Assembly (NCBI GenBank): GCA_965637545.1
Contig: OZ281500.1
Span: 5,332,001-5,396,000 of the forward strand
Source of the DNA: Phallusia mammillata
Lineage: Eukaryota
DNA: 64,000 nucleotides
Reading direction: 5' to 3'
Position 1 is the first letter of the stretch; each line of letters opens with the position of its first letter. Under the pieces are notes generated by a model, which was given only the letters and a program-made list of their open reading frames with translations, ran no database searches and was not told the DNA's origin. Shown piece by piece: positions 50,648-62,111 of this stretch. Made by a program: the position numbers and the translations under genes.

Positions 50648-50728
50648 AAAAGTATTGGCAATAATAAAGATAAAAACGCCCATTAACGACCTGTTGATAA
50701 ATTGAATGATGGATAATCTGGCACTAGA

Positions 50729-51125
50729 TCAGTGGTGCACAACCTTTTATGTGCGGCCGCACTGCAGATCCACACAAAGCCCAAATTAATTTGTACCTTG
50801 ATGAACAGATTGTGGTGAAGACCAGTCTGACAATCAGTCTTAACTGTTTGTTATGTCATAATATATATTGTGATGCTTGTGGTATTTGTTTTTTCGCATT
50901 GTTTGCACACAATAGGGGCACAAAAAGTCTGACGCATATGGCTACAAGGCTGTTAATACACTTTCCAGTCCCACTAAATCTGTTTAACGCAGTTTGAAAA
51001 TCAAAATATTTGGCAAAACAGCTTTATTTATGTCACAACCGTCAGTACATAAATTTTAATAAGAATGTCCAAACTCGTCTCTGCGGCCGCATGTTGCTTG
51101 TACGGCCGCAGGTGGTGCACCCTTG
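50729..51125. mobile_element. hAT MITE
   Basis: TIRs CAGTGGTGCACAACC / GGTGGTGCACCCTTG; perfect TSD CACTAGAT. Confidence 0.9.
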
Positions 51126-51208
51126 CACTAGATGCAAAAGAAGAAAGGTATTAGCAAAAAAACAGGAAACGGAAAACGGAATGCGTGGTAACGGAATAGT
51201 CTCTAGAG

Positions 51209-51970
51209 CAGTGGTTCCCAACCGGGGTGCCGCGGCACACTGGGGTGCCAATTGCAATGCTTAGGGGTGCCGCGAGATATTGATATTGCAATACTGCGAC
51301 CCATTTTTTTTTTATTTCTAACTGAGTTTCAGTGTGTATTAAGTTTCGCATCTCGCAGTTATTCCCGACTCCATTCTGGAGAGTCGCTGGCGGTAAGTAG
51401 ATACTCCGAGGTAAGCCTTTGTTTTCTCGCCCAGGAAAAACAGAGTGAAGAAGATTTCGACTCGTTGCGTTTCTTTCCATAAAAAAGTTTGAATAGCATA
51501 ATGATGGAAACATTAAGACGGGTTTATTTTCTCGATTTATTTCTCGACGGGTTCTGAATAAAAATTGAAAATGAATATCCTTGCGTTGGAAAGAAAGCTA
51601 TTGCATGTGCTTTTGTTGCAGTTTTTTCTCGTTATACCTATGTGAGAGTGGATTTTCCGTATTAACGAACATAAAAACTAAAAAACGAGAACGACTACTT
51701 ATAGTCGAGGAAGAAATGCGGGTGGCTTTATCGAATGTGCCTTCACACATTAAGGAACTTTGTGCAAAAAGCCAAGCCCAAATTTCACACTGACTTTTGA
51801 ACAAATACATTTATTTACGCGCGTTATTCTGTACAACTCATTCTGTGTTGTTTCATACTGTTATTTGATAAACAGAAACCTCATAAAATTGATCCAGTTT
51901 TGCCAGGGTGCCACAAACTGTTTATCTCTTTGATAGGGTGCCGCAAGGTCCAAAAGGTTGGGAACCACTG
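51209..51970 (+). mobile_element. Internally deleted hAT Buster/Charlie element with transposase C-terminal remnant
   Basis: TIRs CAGTGGTTCCCAACC / GGTTGGGAACCACTG; TSD CTCTAGAG/CTTTAGAG. 51620-51793 encodes YLCESGFSVLTNIKTKKRERL..EEEMRVALS...QAQISH, the typical Buster-type dimerisation-domain end. Confidence 0.92.
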
Positions 51971-52757
51971 CTTTAGAGTGATAACAATCCGTAAAACGAG
52001 AACAAAGCTGCATATTTCAGTTTTATCAGGAAATGTAACTATTTTACGGCGAAAACTACGATTAAACCTCATTCATTAATGTTTGTCGTGCAGTAATTTG
52101 CAGTCCAACTTGTGCATGACAAACAGACGTTTTTCGCGACCAAATTTCTGCCATGTCTATTTTTTGTTTAAAGATATTTAAGGTTGAGATTACGCAAGGT
52201 TTTATGGCATGTGATCCCAACTTCCATTTTAAAGTACATTTAACAGTAGTACCTCACACCAAACCTAAAATATATAATTTAATAGTTATTTGAATTTTTT
52301 TAAGAGTTTGTTTTAAGAGCAAAACATGTCAACCAGTGCATCAAACCTGAACAATTTTCCAAGACCGGAGGGTAATCAGATACAAACCCCAAACAAAACA
52401 GAAGCGTCGGTGACTCCTACCCTTTCCACGGAGACTAAACAATGTTTTGTGTCACTAAAATGACGTTAAAAAAAAACGTGGCACAAAAACACTAGCAAAG
52501 CAAAACAACTCGCGCTAGAGGGTATTACTTGCCAGTCCTTATGGCTGAATTAGAATGTATAAATCACATCACAAATACGCACAAAAAAACTGATGCCGGA
52601 AATGGACAAAAAATATAGCTTAGAAAAGAGCAGTATCTCAGTATGCAGGCTATCCTAGTGATAGATTATTGTAGACAATTGGTCACAATATATTTAAATT
52701 AGGGATTACTTAGCATAGCAAATTTTCTTGTATAAAGTTCGTTACTCTTGGCCTTTT

Positions 52758-53081
52758 GGTAGAGCTACTAACACGATACGTTTCTCCTGATCCAAAAGTG
52801 CTTAATTTTCGATAGGTGGCGTAAAGAGCTGAATTATTTATTTAGCGGCTATAAATGGGCTGGGTTGGGAAATATTTACATAAAATTTTTACATTAGTAA
52901 CTAATTTTTTGGGTTAGTTTTATTGAATTTTAAGTGCTAATACCTTACCCCAACCCTAATAGCCCTAACCGTTAGCAGTTTTTGAGATACCGTTTCAAAT
53001 AAAAAAAGTGCTCTTTGCGCCACCTGTCGAAAAGTAGGCACTTTTGGATCAGGAGAAACGTATCGTGTTAGTAGCTCTACC
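52758..53081. mobile_element. MITE with ~70-bp TIRs and 9-bp TSD (Mutator- or Merlin-like)
   Basis: GGTAGAGCTACTAACACGATACGTTTCTCCTGATCCAAAAGTGC... with the reverse complement at the right end; TSD TGGCCTTTT on both sides. Confidence 0.9.
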
Positions 53082-53509
53082 TGGCCTTTTAGGGCTCTAA
53101 GTGCGGCCTTCGAAGTCAAAATACATTAGATGATGTTGATATTACTACGGCACCAGGTGCTAAAAAATAGACAGAAACGTATTTTTTCACCTTTATTTCA
53201 CATTTCTACTTGATTAGTTCTGGTGTGGTACACAAAGCGATTTCCGTAGGACCACCAAGAGCCCAAGGTTCCACAATCTTACTTGTGTTGCAATAGAACA
53301 ATTGTTTGCGCGTAATGGAATGTCTTAAACTCGTCTGTGATGTCACAAGCTGCTCTTAAATCATTGATATTTGTAAACAAGCGAGTTTCCAGGTTAAATA
53401 TATCCTGAATGTTTTAGTTAAAGTTGAAAATGTAGTGAGGAATTTTAATTAGATTGGACCGTAAGTCCTACAGCTCTACGAGGAAATAGGAAAACGACCA
53501 TTTTGTGAG

Positions 53510-53621
53510 TCAAAAAGTTTGAACACCACTGTCCTTGGCCTGGGAAATAGTACATGCGGCCTAAACGAGTGTCGATAAACCGTTTGGTGGCCTTTATAAA
53601 CAAAAAGGTTCCCCACCCCTG
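53510..53621. mobile_element. Two hAT MITE right-end fragments
   Basis: AAAAAGTTTGAACACCACTG ends at 53531; AAAAAGGTTCCCCACCCCTG ends at 53621. Left ends were not identified. Confidence 0.5.
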
Positions 53622-53711
53622 CTCTAAACCAAAATTACTATCTTTTTGCAGCTTTAAACTAGAGTCGAATATTGGTTTAGGCTCGAATATTGGTTTAGGC
53701 TATATCTTATA

Positions 53712-54970
53712 ATGCCGATCTTGGGGGTTAGTTCAGTAAATGCTTTGCCTTTCCTGTCCCTATTTAAAGACAAGCCACTTCTGCCACCTTTAGAAAAAGT
53801 AAGAAACGTATTGTTTCTCTCAATGCTTGTGGCTGGGTGTGCATTATTCACTGTCTACGAATCCACGTTTGTTGCTTGCTTTTCTCAACGAAACAGCTCA
53901 ACAGCTTTAAATTACGTAGAGTTTGTCAAGGAAGAAACACACATCAACCAGCAATGCGGATTCATTGACGTTTGGATTCACTATCTGAGGTATTCGCCAC
54001 CGGCGTTTTTAGCACTTTCTGTATTGCTTTTTATGACAAACAGTCCGTTTTTCACCTGGCACAGTCAATGTTGCTCAGAAGCTCGATAAATATGCAGAAC
54101 TCTACAAACTCTGTCAGACGAAAAACGACAACGACAGCCCGAAAATTCCTGCGATGAAGATCGAATTGTCGGACAAGGTAAATGATCTTTTGGATAGAGT
54201 TGCTGTTTCACAACCAGACCCAATCGCAGCACATAATGTGCAAGTAAATATGGATAATCTTAACAACCAACAAAAAGAGAAAATAATGAAAACCGCAAGG
54301 TTTTCAAATTGACATTTTAGTCACGTTTTTCGGTGTTCCGTCTTTTCTTTGCCTGCTGATCTATTGCTACAGATACCGCCACTATTTGGTAGACAAGCGT
54401 TGCCGAAAAGATGACAAATTCCTCATCCGATTTAAAAACGAGAAAGATGCAGAAAATGTAAAAGAAACGATATCCGAGCTGGAACAAGGCCCATCTAAAT
54501 TCAAGACATCATTGACGAAAACTATGCACTTTTCATTAAAGCAATTAAAACGCAAATGACGCGTACATCGCTACAAAGCGTTTTAAACAAGGGATATTTG
54601 TGATTTCGCAGCGCATAAAAATAAAGCAGAACAAAACAACATGCCTCAGTGTTTAACAAAGGAGTTTGTAGAAGGCATGGCGAAAAAAGTGCGGCAAATA
54701 TGGAATTTTACATTACTTACTTCCGTAAATTGGCAGTTACGTTTTTGGTTTGCTTGTGGCTTACTTTGCAATACCTTATTTGTGACAGTCGTCTTATCAG
54801 CGCTCATACTTGTCAGCGTTTGCTTTTGCCGATTTTAACATTTCTAGTTTTATTGTGCATAACAAACCGCAATGGTCATGCTAGATTACAAGTGGTATTA
54901 CTTGAACAGTTTGAAATCGACTGTAAAATTACCGGCTCCGCACAGCTGTTACGCAAGTTCACATAATTAT
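53712..54970 (+). pseudogene. Divergent LRRC8/pannexin-like channel paralog L3, frameshifted
   Basis: LFLSML..CALFTVYESTFVACF and QQC..VWIHYLRYSPPAFLA match L1/L2. After a frameshift near 54062, VNVAQKLDKYAELYKLC continues the homology. Further frameshifts and stops occur downstream; the 3' end is approximate. Confidence 0.72.
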
Positions 54971-55543
54971 AAATCTGATAATACGAGTCTATATTGCGAA
55001 CAAACAACTATGAGAAGTTGTAATTTGAAACCGTCAAAATAAAAGTAGATGTAGGTTTTACCGTTAGAGGCAGTCAAGGACGATGTTTTTTAAGCAAGGG
55101 CGTATTTGAAACGGTTGCCTAATGTGTGTGAATATCATAGCCTAGAACCAGATGCAAAGTGAACTCTGGGTGATACGCTGCGTGTTGTGGGTACGTTTAG
55201 TAAACCACCAACGAATCAACAACATGTGTTGTGTTTCACAATGACGTAACACGAACTTTTGCACAAAAACGCTGCCGCCCTAATAACACAGACAATACCA
55301 TACGATGTTGCATACGGTCAATACCATACGGTCTTCATAACACCGAAAACTACGATAGAGTGTCATTTTCTCTTTACACACGATAACTTTTGTAGCGTGA
55401 AAAACAACTTTTTAAAAAAACGTGTCGCTAATACTTGAGGAAAAAAACAGATTCGGTAGAAGCGCTTTCATTGTAAACTTTGTAATATCAATCATAACGC
55501 TAAAAAGTCGGTTTAAATTCCAATTCACACTAATATTTGTTTA

Positions 55544-57545
55544 GGGGGGTGCGGCTACATCGCTATTAAAGTTATTTCAAAAGTTGCCGTGCTAAAAATC
55601 CTGAAATAATATGACGCCACGGGGAAAATGAAAATACACGTACTTATGCTGGCCAGAGCGTGAAGTTGAAACATTAAAGTCATTAATGGAACGAGAAAAT
55701 GGAACAGTAAAGTTGTCATACAGAACAGAAAAGTACAACGTCAGCTTGTGAATTCTTTCCCAGGGATCAGATGGTAATGTCATCTTACATGACGTCTTCG
55801 CCCACAAACAGATACAGTAACCAACTGGCACCGTATGTACAAGCCAAGCGGCCATATGTACCAGACTTTTTTGCCTATTGTGTGCAAACAATGCGAAAAA
55901 GCAGATACCACAAGCGTCACAATATAGATTATGACGTCATAAAAGCTAAGACTGTCAATTTGTGTGTCAAGTTAGAAATTAATTTAGGCTTTTTAGGTGC
56001 CATTAGAATGTATATATATATATATCTATATATAATATGTATTTCTTTACATTAGTAACTTTAAAACACAAGCAAGCAGGCAATAAGCGGCCGCTGGTGA
56101 AAAGATCTGTGATGCGGCGTCATAGCGAAAAGGTTGTGCACTCCTGCGCTAAACCCATCAAGGGGTGGCTGGAAATTTCTGTTTTAAAATGGGGCCGCAG
56201 ACCAAGAAAGTTTGAGTAGTCCTGATTTAAACCAATAGTAATATTTTTTTGGGGGTGTTGCGGTTAAATCGCCATAAACGTTGCCGTGCTAAAAAAAAAC
56301 TAAACAATATGACACCATAGGGAAAATGGAATGTATGTACTTATACTTGCAGAAGCACGTCAAACTAGAGTTAGAACAGTAAAAGTTGATGAACAGAACA
56401 GTAAACTTACAAAGTCAGCTTGTGAATATCCTAACGGTAATGTCATCTTACATGACGTCTTCGCCCACAAACAAATACAGTAACCGCAACTGTCACTGTC
56501 TCACGGTTTAACAATCAAATGCTAACTCAGAGAGACGACGCAACAATATGTAGATTAGAACCAGATGAAAATGTGAAATCTGGATGATACGTCGCGTGTT
56601 CGCATTATGGTATTCATAAGTAAACCACTAACCGCTGTCTCACGGTTTAACCTGTATATAACCCGAATCAACAACATGTGTTGCTTCGTAACAACAACTA
56701 AAATTAAACAATGCGTCGTTTTCCTTCCCATATATTTTTTAATCACCACTAATGGCCACCGGGTATGTTTCTGAAACTTTTAGCACATTTTACAATGTTG
56801 TCAATTACAAATTGATAAAAATTACTGTTTAAAACCAGACACTTATTTCGTTAAATTCTCATTTAAGTTTTAGGCTTGTTTGTGGCCAACATCTCAATAC
56901 TTGTGGTTCAAGACTAAAACACATGTACACATGCATTTTTGGCGCCCATATCAGCCAGCATTTGCGTTTGATTTCGCCGATATTTCTAGTTTTATGGTGC
57001 ATAAAAAAACGGAAAGTTCATGCCGGACAAAAAGTTTTAGTGGTTTTACAGAAACAGTTTGTGATCGGCTGGAAAAGGTAGCGGGCCCTCACAACTTTTG
57101 CGCAAGTTTACAGTGCTTGTAAATTTGGTGGCCTAATACCAGATGGAAAAACCTAGCGTGCTTCGACTATGATAAATATGGTAACCGTCACACGCCATCA
57201 GTTGGTTTCATGTTCGCGCTATGCAAAACGAGAATATTTTTGATTAATTTGTAAATCTTTGCTAGAATTTTTGGTTAATCTATTGCTAATGCTTTTGAAA
57301 AAAAAGATAAAAAAATAAGGTGCCTTGGGGAAAATGAAATAAATATACTTATACTTGCAGGAGCATGTCAACCTAAAGTTAGAACAGTAAAGTTATTAGA
57401 GAAACAAAAGAATGGAACAGTAAAGTTGTTAAACAGAAAAGTTACAACGTCAGCTTGTGAATTCTTTCGCAGGGATCAGATGGTAATGTCATCTTACATG
57501 ACGTCTTCGCTCACAAACAAATACAGTAACTAACTGGCACCGTCT
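55544..57545 (+). repeat. Three dispersed copies of a ~250-290-bp block
   Basis: ...GTCAGCTTGTGAAT...GGTAATGTCATCTTACATGACGTCTTCGC(C/T)CACAAACA(G/A)ATACAGTAAC at ~55544-55830, ~56245-56490 and ~57326-57545. Confidence 0.8.
55830..56224. mobile_element. Partial hAT MITE related to the 50729 and 60110 elements
   Basis: The internal segment (TATTGTGTGCAAACAATGCGAA...TCACAATA...TTATGAC) is shared with the 50840-50940 reverse complement and 60290-60350. Right end AAAGTTTGAGTAGTCCTG. Confidence 0.55.
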
Positions 57546-59381
57546 CACCGTTTAACAAACAAATGTTAATTAAAAGAGACGGCGAAACAACGGGCTTTGG
57601 GACCAGAAAAGGCTTGCATCAGCATTACAAACACCAAGTATGCTTGGTCTGCTAACATGAAGCAGCCAGCAACAACTAAATACAAAGGCAGCTTTCTTAA
57701 ATGTTTGTGCAGCACACAATCTATTTAGCACACCTACATGCGATGCAAAAATTGGCACCTGAATGAAATAGGGTGGCTATATTCACCAGACATTTCACAT
57801 CGCAGTTGTTTCTGCAAACAAAAAGAAATGGGTCCTTACATATGTGTTGATGTACACTCGTGACGTTATTAGTAGGCTAAGGTGCAATTATTTTTAAGAG
57901 AAAAAAGAAAAATTGATATTAAGTACGGAAAACTTTTTATATTATTAGCACGTTTGACCTTAAATAGTGAAGAACAAACATAAAAACCAAGTACACTCGT
58001 TTGATCGGACATTTTAACCTTTAACATTAGCCGGGTAACATGTATCCAAAGCCGGTTTAATTAAGTTAAAAATCCCAAATCAGTATTACATACAACAACA
58101 AACGTTTTTTAGAACTAAGATAAAAATGAAAAAGGTTTAGACCGCGGCCTGTGTATAAAGATGCGTATTATAATGCATCAAACTTTTTCCTTAAGCATTT
58201 AAAATTGTAATAATAGGTATAATCCCTTTAAATTCATGTCTGAATCCGCGATAAAACCGTGTAAGTTTGAAATAGAAGTGCAACATGGAAATTAAGGTTT
58301 AACATTGAGTACGTAGGTGTGGATAATACTGGCAAAGTCAAAGGTGAAATTTCTTAGCGTATTAAGCGTAAAGTGTCGGCATACAAAAATAAGCTAACAG
58401 CATATTAAAACAACTGTAAAACTGTTGCTAATCAACATAATGCTTGTAAATTTTGTAGAATAGAACCAGATGAAAGTGTGAACTTTGGATGACACGTCGA
58501 GTGTTTGCATTATGACATACACAAATACCAGTGAAGTTGCATAGCAGAAACAACCGAAAAAAGCTTTGTCCCGAAGTTTTACAACTTTAGACCAAGTTTA
58601 CAGCCCTCACAGAAACAAAATATATTACCGTATAGTAAAAAGAAAACATAGCATAAATCTAAATTTTAGAATACAAGTCTACATTTGTATTTTATTTGTG
58701 AAAGGCGTAGCTAACACATTTTCAACCTCACACACTATTTCGATCCGACAAAATAAAAGTAGAATTACCGCTAGGTAGCAGTCGAGGACAATGTTTCTTC
58801 CAAGCCAGAGCATATGTAAAACTGAAACATTTGTTTGGAATTGTTCTCTTTATTGTAACATGCGTAACGCGCGTCACGTTTGCTGCGCTTGTCGCGCCGT
58901 TCGCTTGCAACGCTCAAGAAGCGATAAATTCGCGCGTTATTCTGGTTACGCAACACACATCAAGTCTCATTTATCTCAAGGAAAGTAAACGGCGGAAAAG
59001 AGAAAAATCAACGACAAAACATTGACTTTTAAACTGATACTAGTTTTCCTTGCGATCACTGCAAAACAGTTTGTTTCAAGTTAAACGCTTGCAAAGATAT
59101 GCAGCACTGCAATGGATTGCACAACTATTTTGAAACACCCGGTTTGCGCAACAGTCTGTCTCATGGTCAGGCTGATGGAACATATCAGGAAGACGGGAAC
59201 ATGTAACAGTGTGGGAACAACGACAGTGAATATGTATCTCCAACAGTTACTAAATCATGAGAACACATGGAACAGTAAAGTTACACCGCTCAATACCATA
59301 TGTCGCAGCAAAAGGAACATATAATTACCGCGGAACGGAAAAAGTTATGTCTGCAAAATTAAATATTTCCATTACCTAATG

Positions 59382-60581
59382 CAGGGGTGGGCAAACTACG
59401 GCCCGGCAAAGGAGTTCATGCGGCCCGCCAAATGTTGGGAAATTTTAAAGAGAAAGTTGCATTTGCACAGAGCAACGCTGAATAGTATTATAACCACAGG
59501 CGTAGTTTTGAAAAATACCGGGGGTGTTTACGTGAATTGGTCTGCTGTTTCTGCCACGTTATCATGCAAATATTCACTTGAAACAATTTCTTCGTTCGAT
59601 AAAAGTAAAAGCCATTCACATTTTCAAATACAGCCCACTTTGTACTGTTGACGCCAAAACTTTGGTCACTTTGGATCAAGTTTAGGTCTTTGCAGTACAT
59701 TGCAAACGGACATTAAACACGGGTTTAGAATCATTAACACAGACCACGACACTTAAGATGGATACTAAAAGCGGCTCGCTTTGTTTAATGTTGGCGCAAG
59801 GAATTTATTAACAAAAAAACGTGGTGCAGCCTATGTTATCGTTTTGATCATTCACTTGGACATTGGATCACCATGCACGACATGATGATGCCACATAGGC
59901 GAAATATATATTCCTTCATTTAAAACCGACTGATTCTGTTTAAACCAAGGATTTACAGTCTTTCGGTTTTACTGTATTAATGTTGCAACAAATGTTTGTT
60001 TATTTTTTATTTAATTCTAGCTTTTCAACCAATGTTTGTGCAAACAAAGTGACAACAAACGTATTTGCACATAGCTAAAAATATACTATGTTAATATCTT
60101 GAGCTAAATCAGGGGTGCACAACCTGCGGCCGGACGGTCACATGCGGCCGTGACCATGTATGTTAAAATACATGTACTGGCTGCCGTGACGTAACTAAAA
60201 CTATTTTGCCAAATATTTTGATTTTCAAACAGCTAAAAACAGATTTCGTGGGACTGAAAAAAAGATTACCATCCTAAGAACCAGGCTTATTGTCTGCAAA
60301 CAATGCGAATAAACAGGCACCGCAATCGTCACAATACCGATTATGACGTCATAAACAGTTAGCTCTGTTCAGTTAAACTTATGCACTAAGTCAGAAATTA
60401 TTAATATGAGCATTTTAAGCAACTTTAAATGGTATATACATGATATAAACCTAATTCTTTACACCAGTTATTAAAAAAAACAAGCAAGCAATTGGGGGGC
60501 CGTTGGTGAAATACAATGCGGCCCCATAAGATTAAGAACTTTTAAATGCGGCCCTTGCGCTGAAAAGTTTGCCCACCCCTG
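59382..60581. mobile_element. hAT non-autonomous element, composite with a second left end at 60110
   Basis: TIRs CAGGGGTGGGCAAAC / GTTTGCCCACCCCTG; perfect TSD ACCTAATG. Internal CAGGGGTGCACAACC at 60110 belongs to the 50729 family. Confidence 0.88.
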
Positions 60582-61545
60582 ACCTAATGCTTAACCAACC
60601 CAAATGTCAAAATGATGGTTTGAAAGCACGTGACCGCTACATATGCGAGCGGTATCCCCACTCTTACACACACAACAAAGCAATATACCTAATAAACACT
60701 GGACAAACATAAAAACCGAAAACATATTTTATCAAAATCAAAACTTCGATCCGGATCCGATCAATTAATTGCCTAAACATTTTAGCAAAAGCCTTTCAAT
60801 GTCGACAAAAATTTTAACGCGTGTTTCAAAGGCCCAAAAAAAGTTTAGACCGGTGCCTAGATATGTCTTTTAGAGATAACCGAAAATACTACATGACAAT
60901 TAAGAATGCATCCACCAATCACAAAAATGCCACGGATCCGCCACAGTTGAGGGTTGAATACTACAAAATCATGTGTAGCAAAGACTGAAAGAAAAAATAT
61001 GGCTCATGTAATCCCACAAAAAGCGTGTTATTCAAAGTAAAAAAAAACACGTCACTTAAGGTTATGATAACTACGAATATAAGCGCTGCAAAATGACACA
61101 GGTTAAGTAGCAGCAATTGTTATTTATATTTCAGAACGTATGGCGTATATAACCAAGGACAAAAGCATCCTACCAGGTTTTTGCAAACAAATGTTGATTG
61201 AGAGTGTCCATGAAACAACTTGTAACTTAACATTTTTTTGAAAATAGAGTATAAGTAGTTTTACGTGTAATGATGTATCTGTATATATTTTCTTTTGTTC
61301 ATCTTTCCATTGAAAATTCGACTTTTTATGATAAAATATACCTTTTTAGGCAATAGCATTAGCTTAAAATTTTTAAAGCTTGTACACAGCTGGCCATCCC
61401 ATTAACCTTTTGCCAAGCAAACATTGCCACCAAAAATACACAAAATGACGAGCAGCTGAAGCAATATTTGATCTTTTCGTTCTTCTACAACACAACGGGT
61501 ATATAAGGGTTATTATTTTGTAAAAATATACTCAAAGAAAAAAAA

Positions 61546-61945
61546 ATGAACTGGCAAATTATGGTTAGTTTTTGTGCCGCCCTGCTTTGCAGCGGTGATG
61601 CGCATCAATCAAAAATGGTTCCGTTTCACTCATATGAATTAAAAGACGGGACTTGTCTGTGTTCGGATATCAACGACTTACAAGAAGAGATGACTGATAT
61701 GCAATGGAGACTTGACATGTTGGAAGGTAAGAAAAATATTTATCCGCGTAATTATAGTATAAGTTGCTGCGTTGAATAAAACTTGCCACCTCAATTTCTC
61801 AGAACGACTTAAAAATACAACTTGTGAAGACGTTTGGAACAGCGGAGTGACCAAAAGTGGAGTTTACACCATTTATCCTTTCTTCGATCGCACTAAATTT
61901 CTTGATGTATATTGTGATTTCACCATTGATCTACCAGGATGGATG
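61546..61945 (+). CDS. FReD lectin gene I (class 2, divergent), exons 1-2 only in this window
   Basis: Exon 1 61546-61726 (signal peptide, TCLC, coiled coil, LEG|GT) and exon 2 61803-61945 are open. Exon 3 is not reached before the window ends. Confidence 0.82.
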
Positions 61946-62111
61946 GTTAGTTTTTGTACAGTGTTGTAATTTAGCATTAGCTCTAAAAATTGCGTCCACA
62001 ACCAGTATTTAGTTTGAACTTTTATAGTATGAATAGTATATAAAATTTATACCAATCGATCGAAATATTTTTCTTCACGTCAGAAAAACATTAGTCGTTT
62101 TCAGTGGAAAA

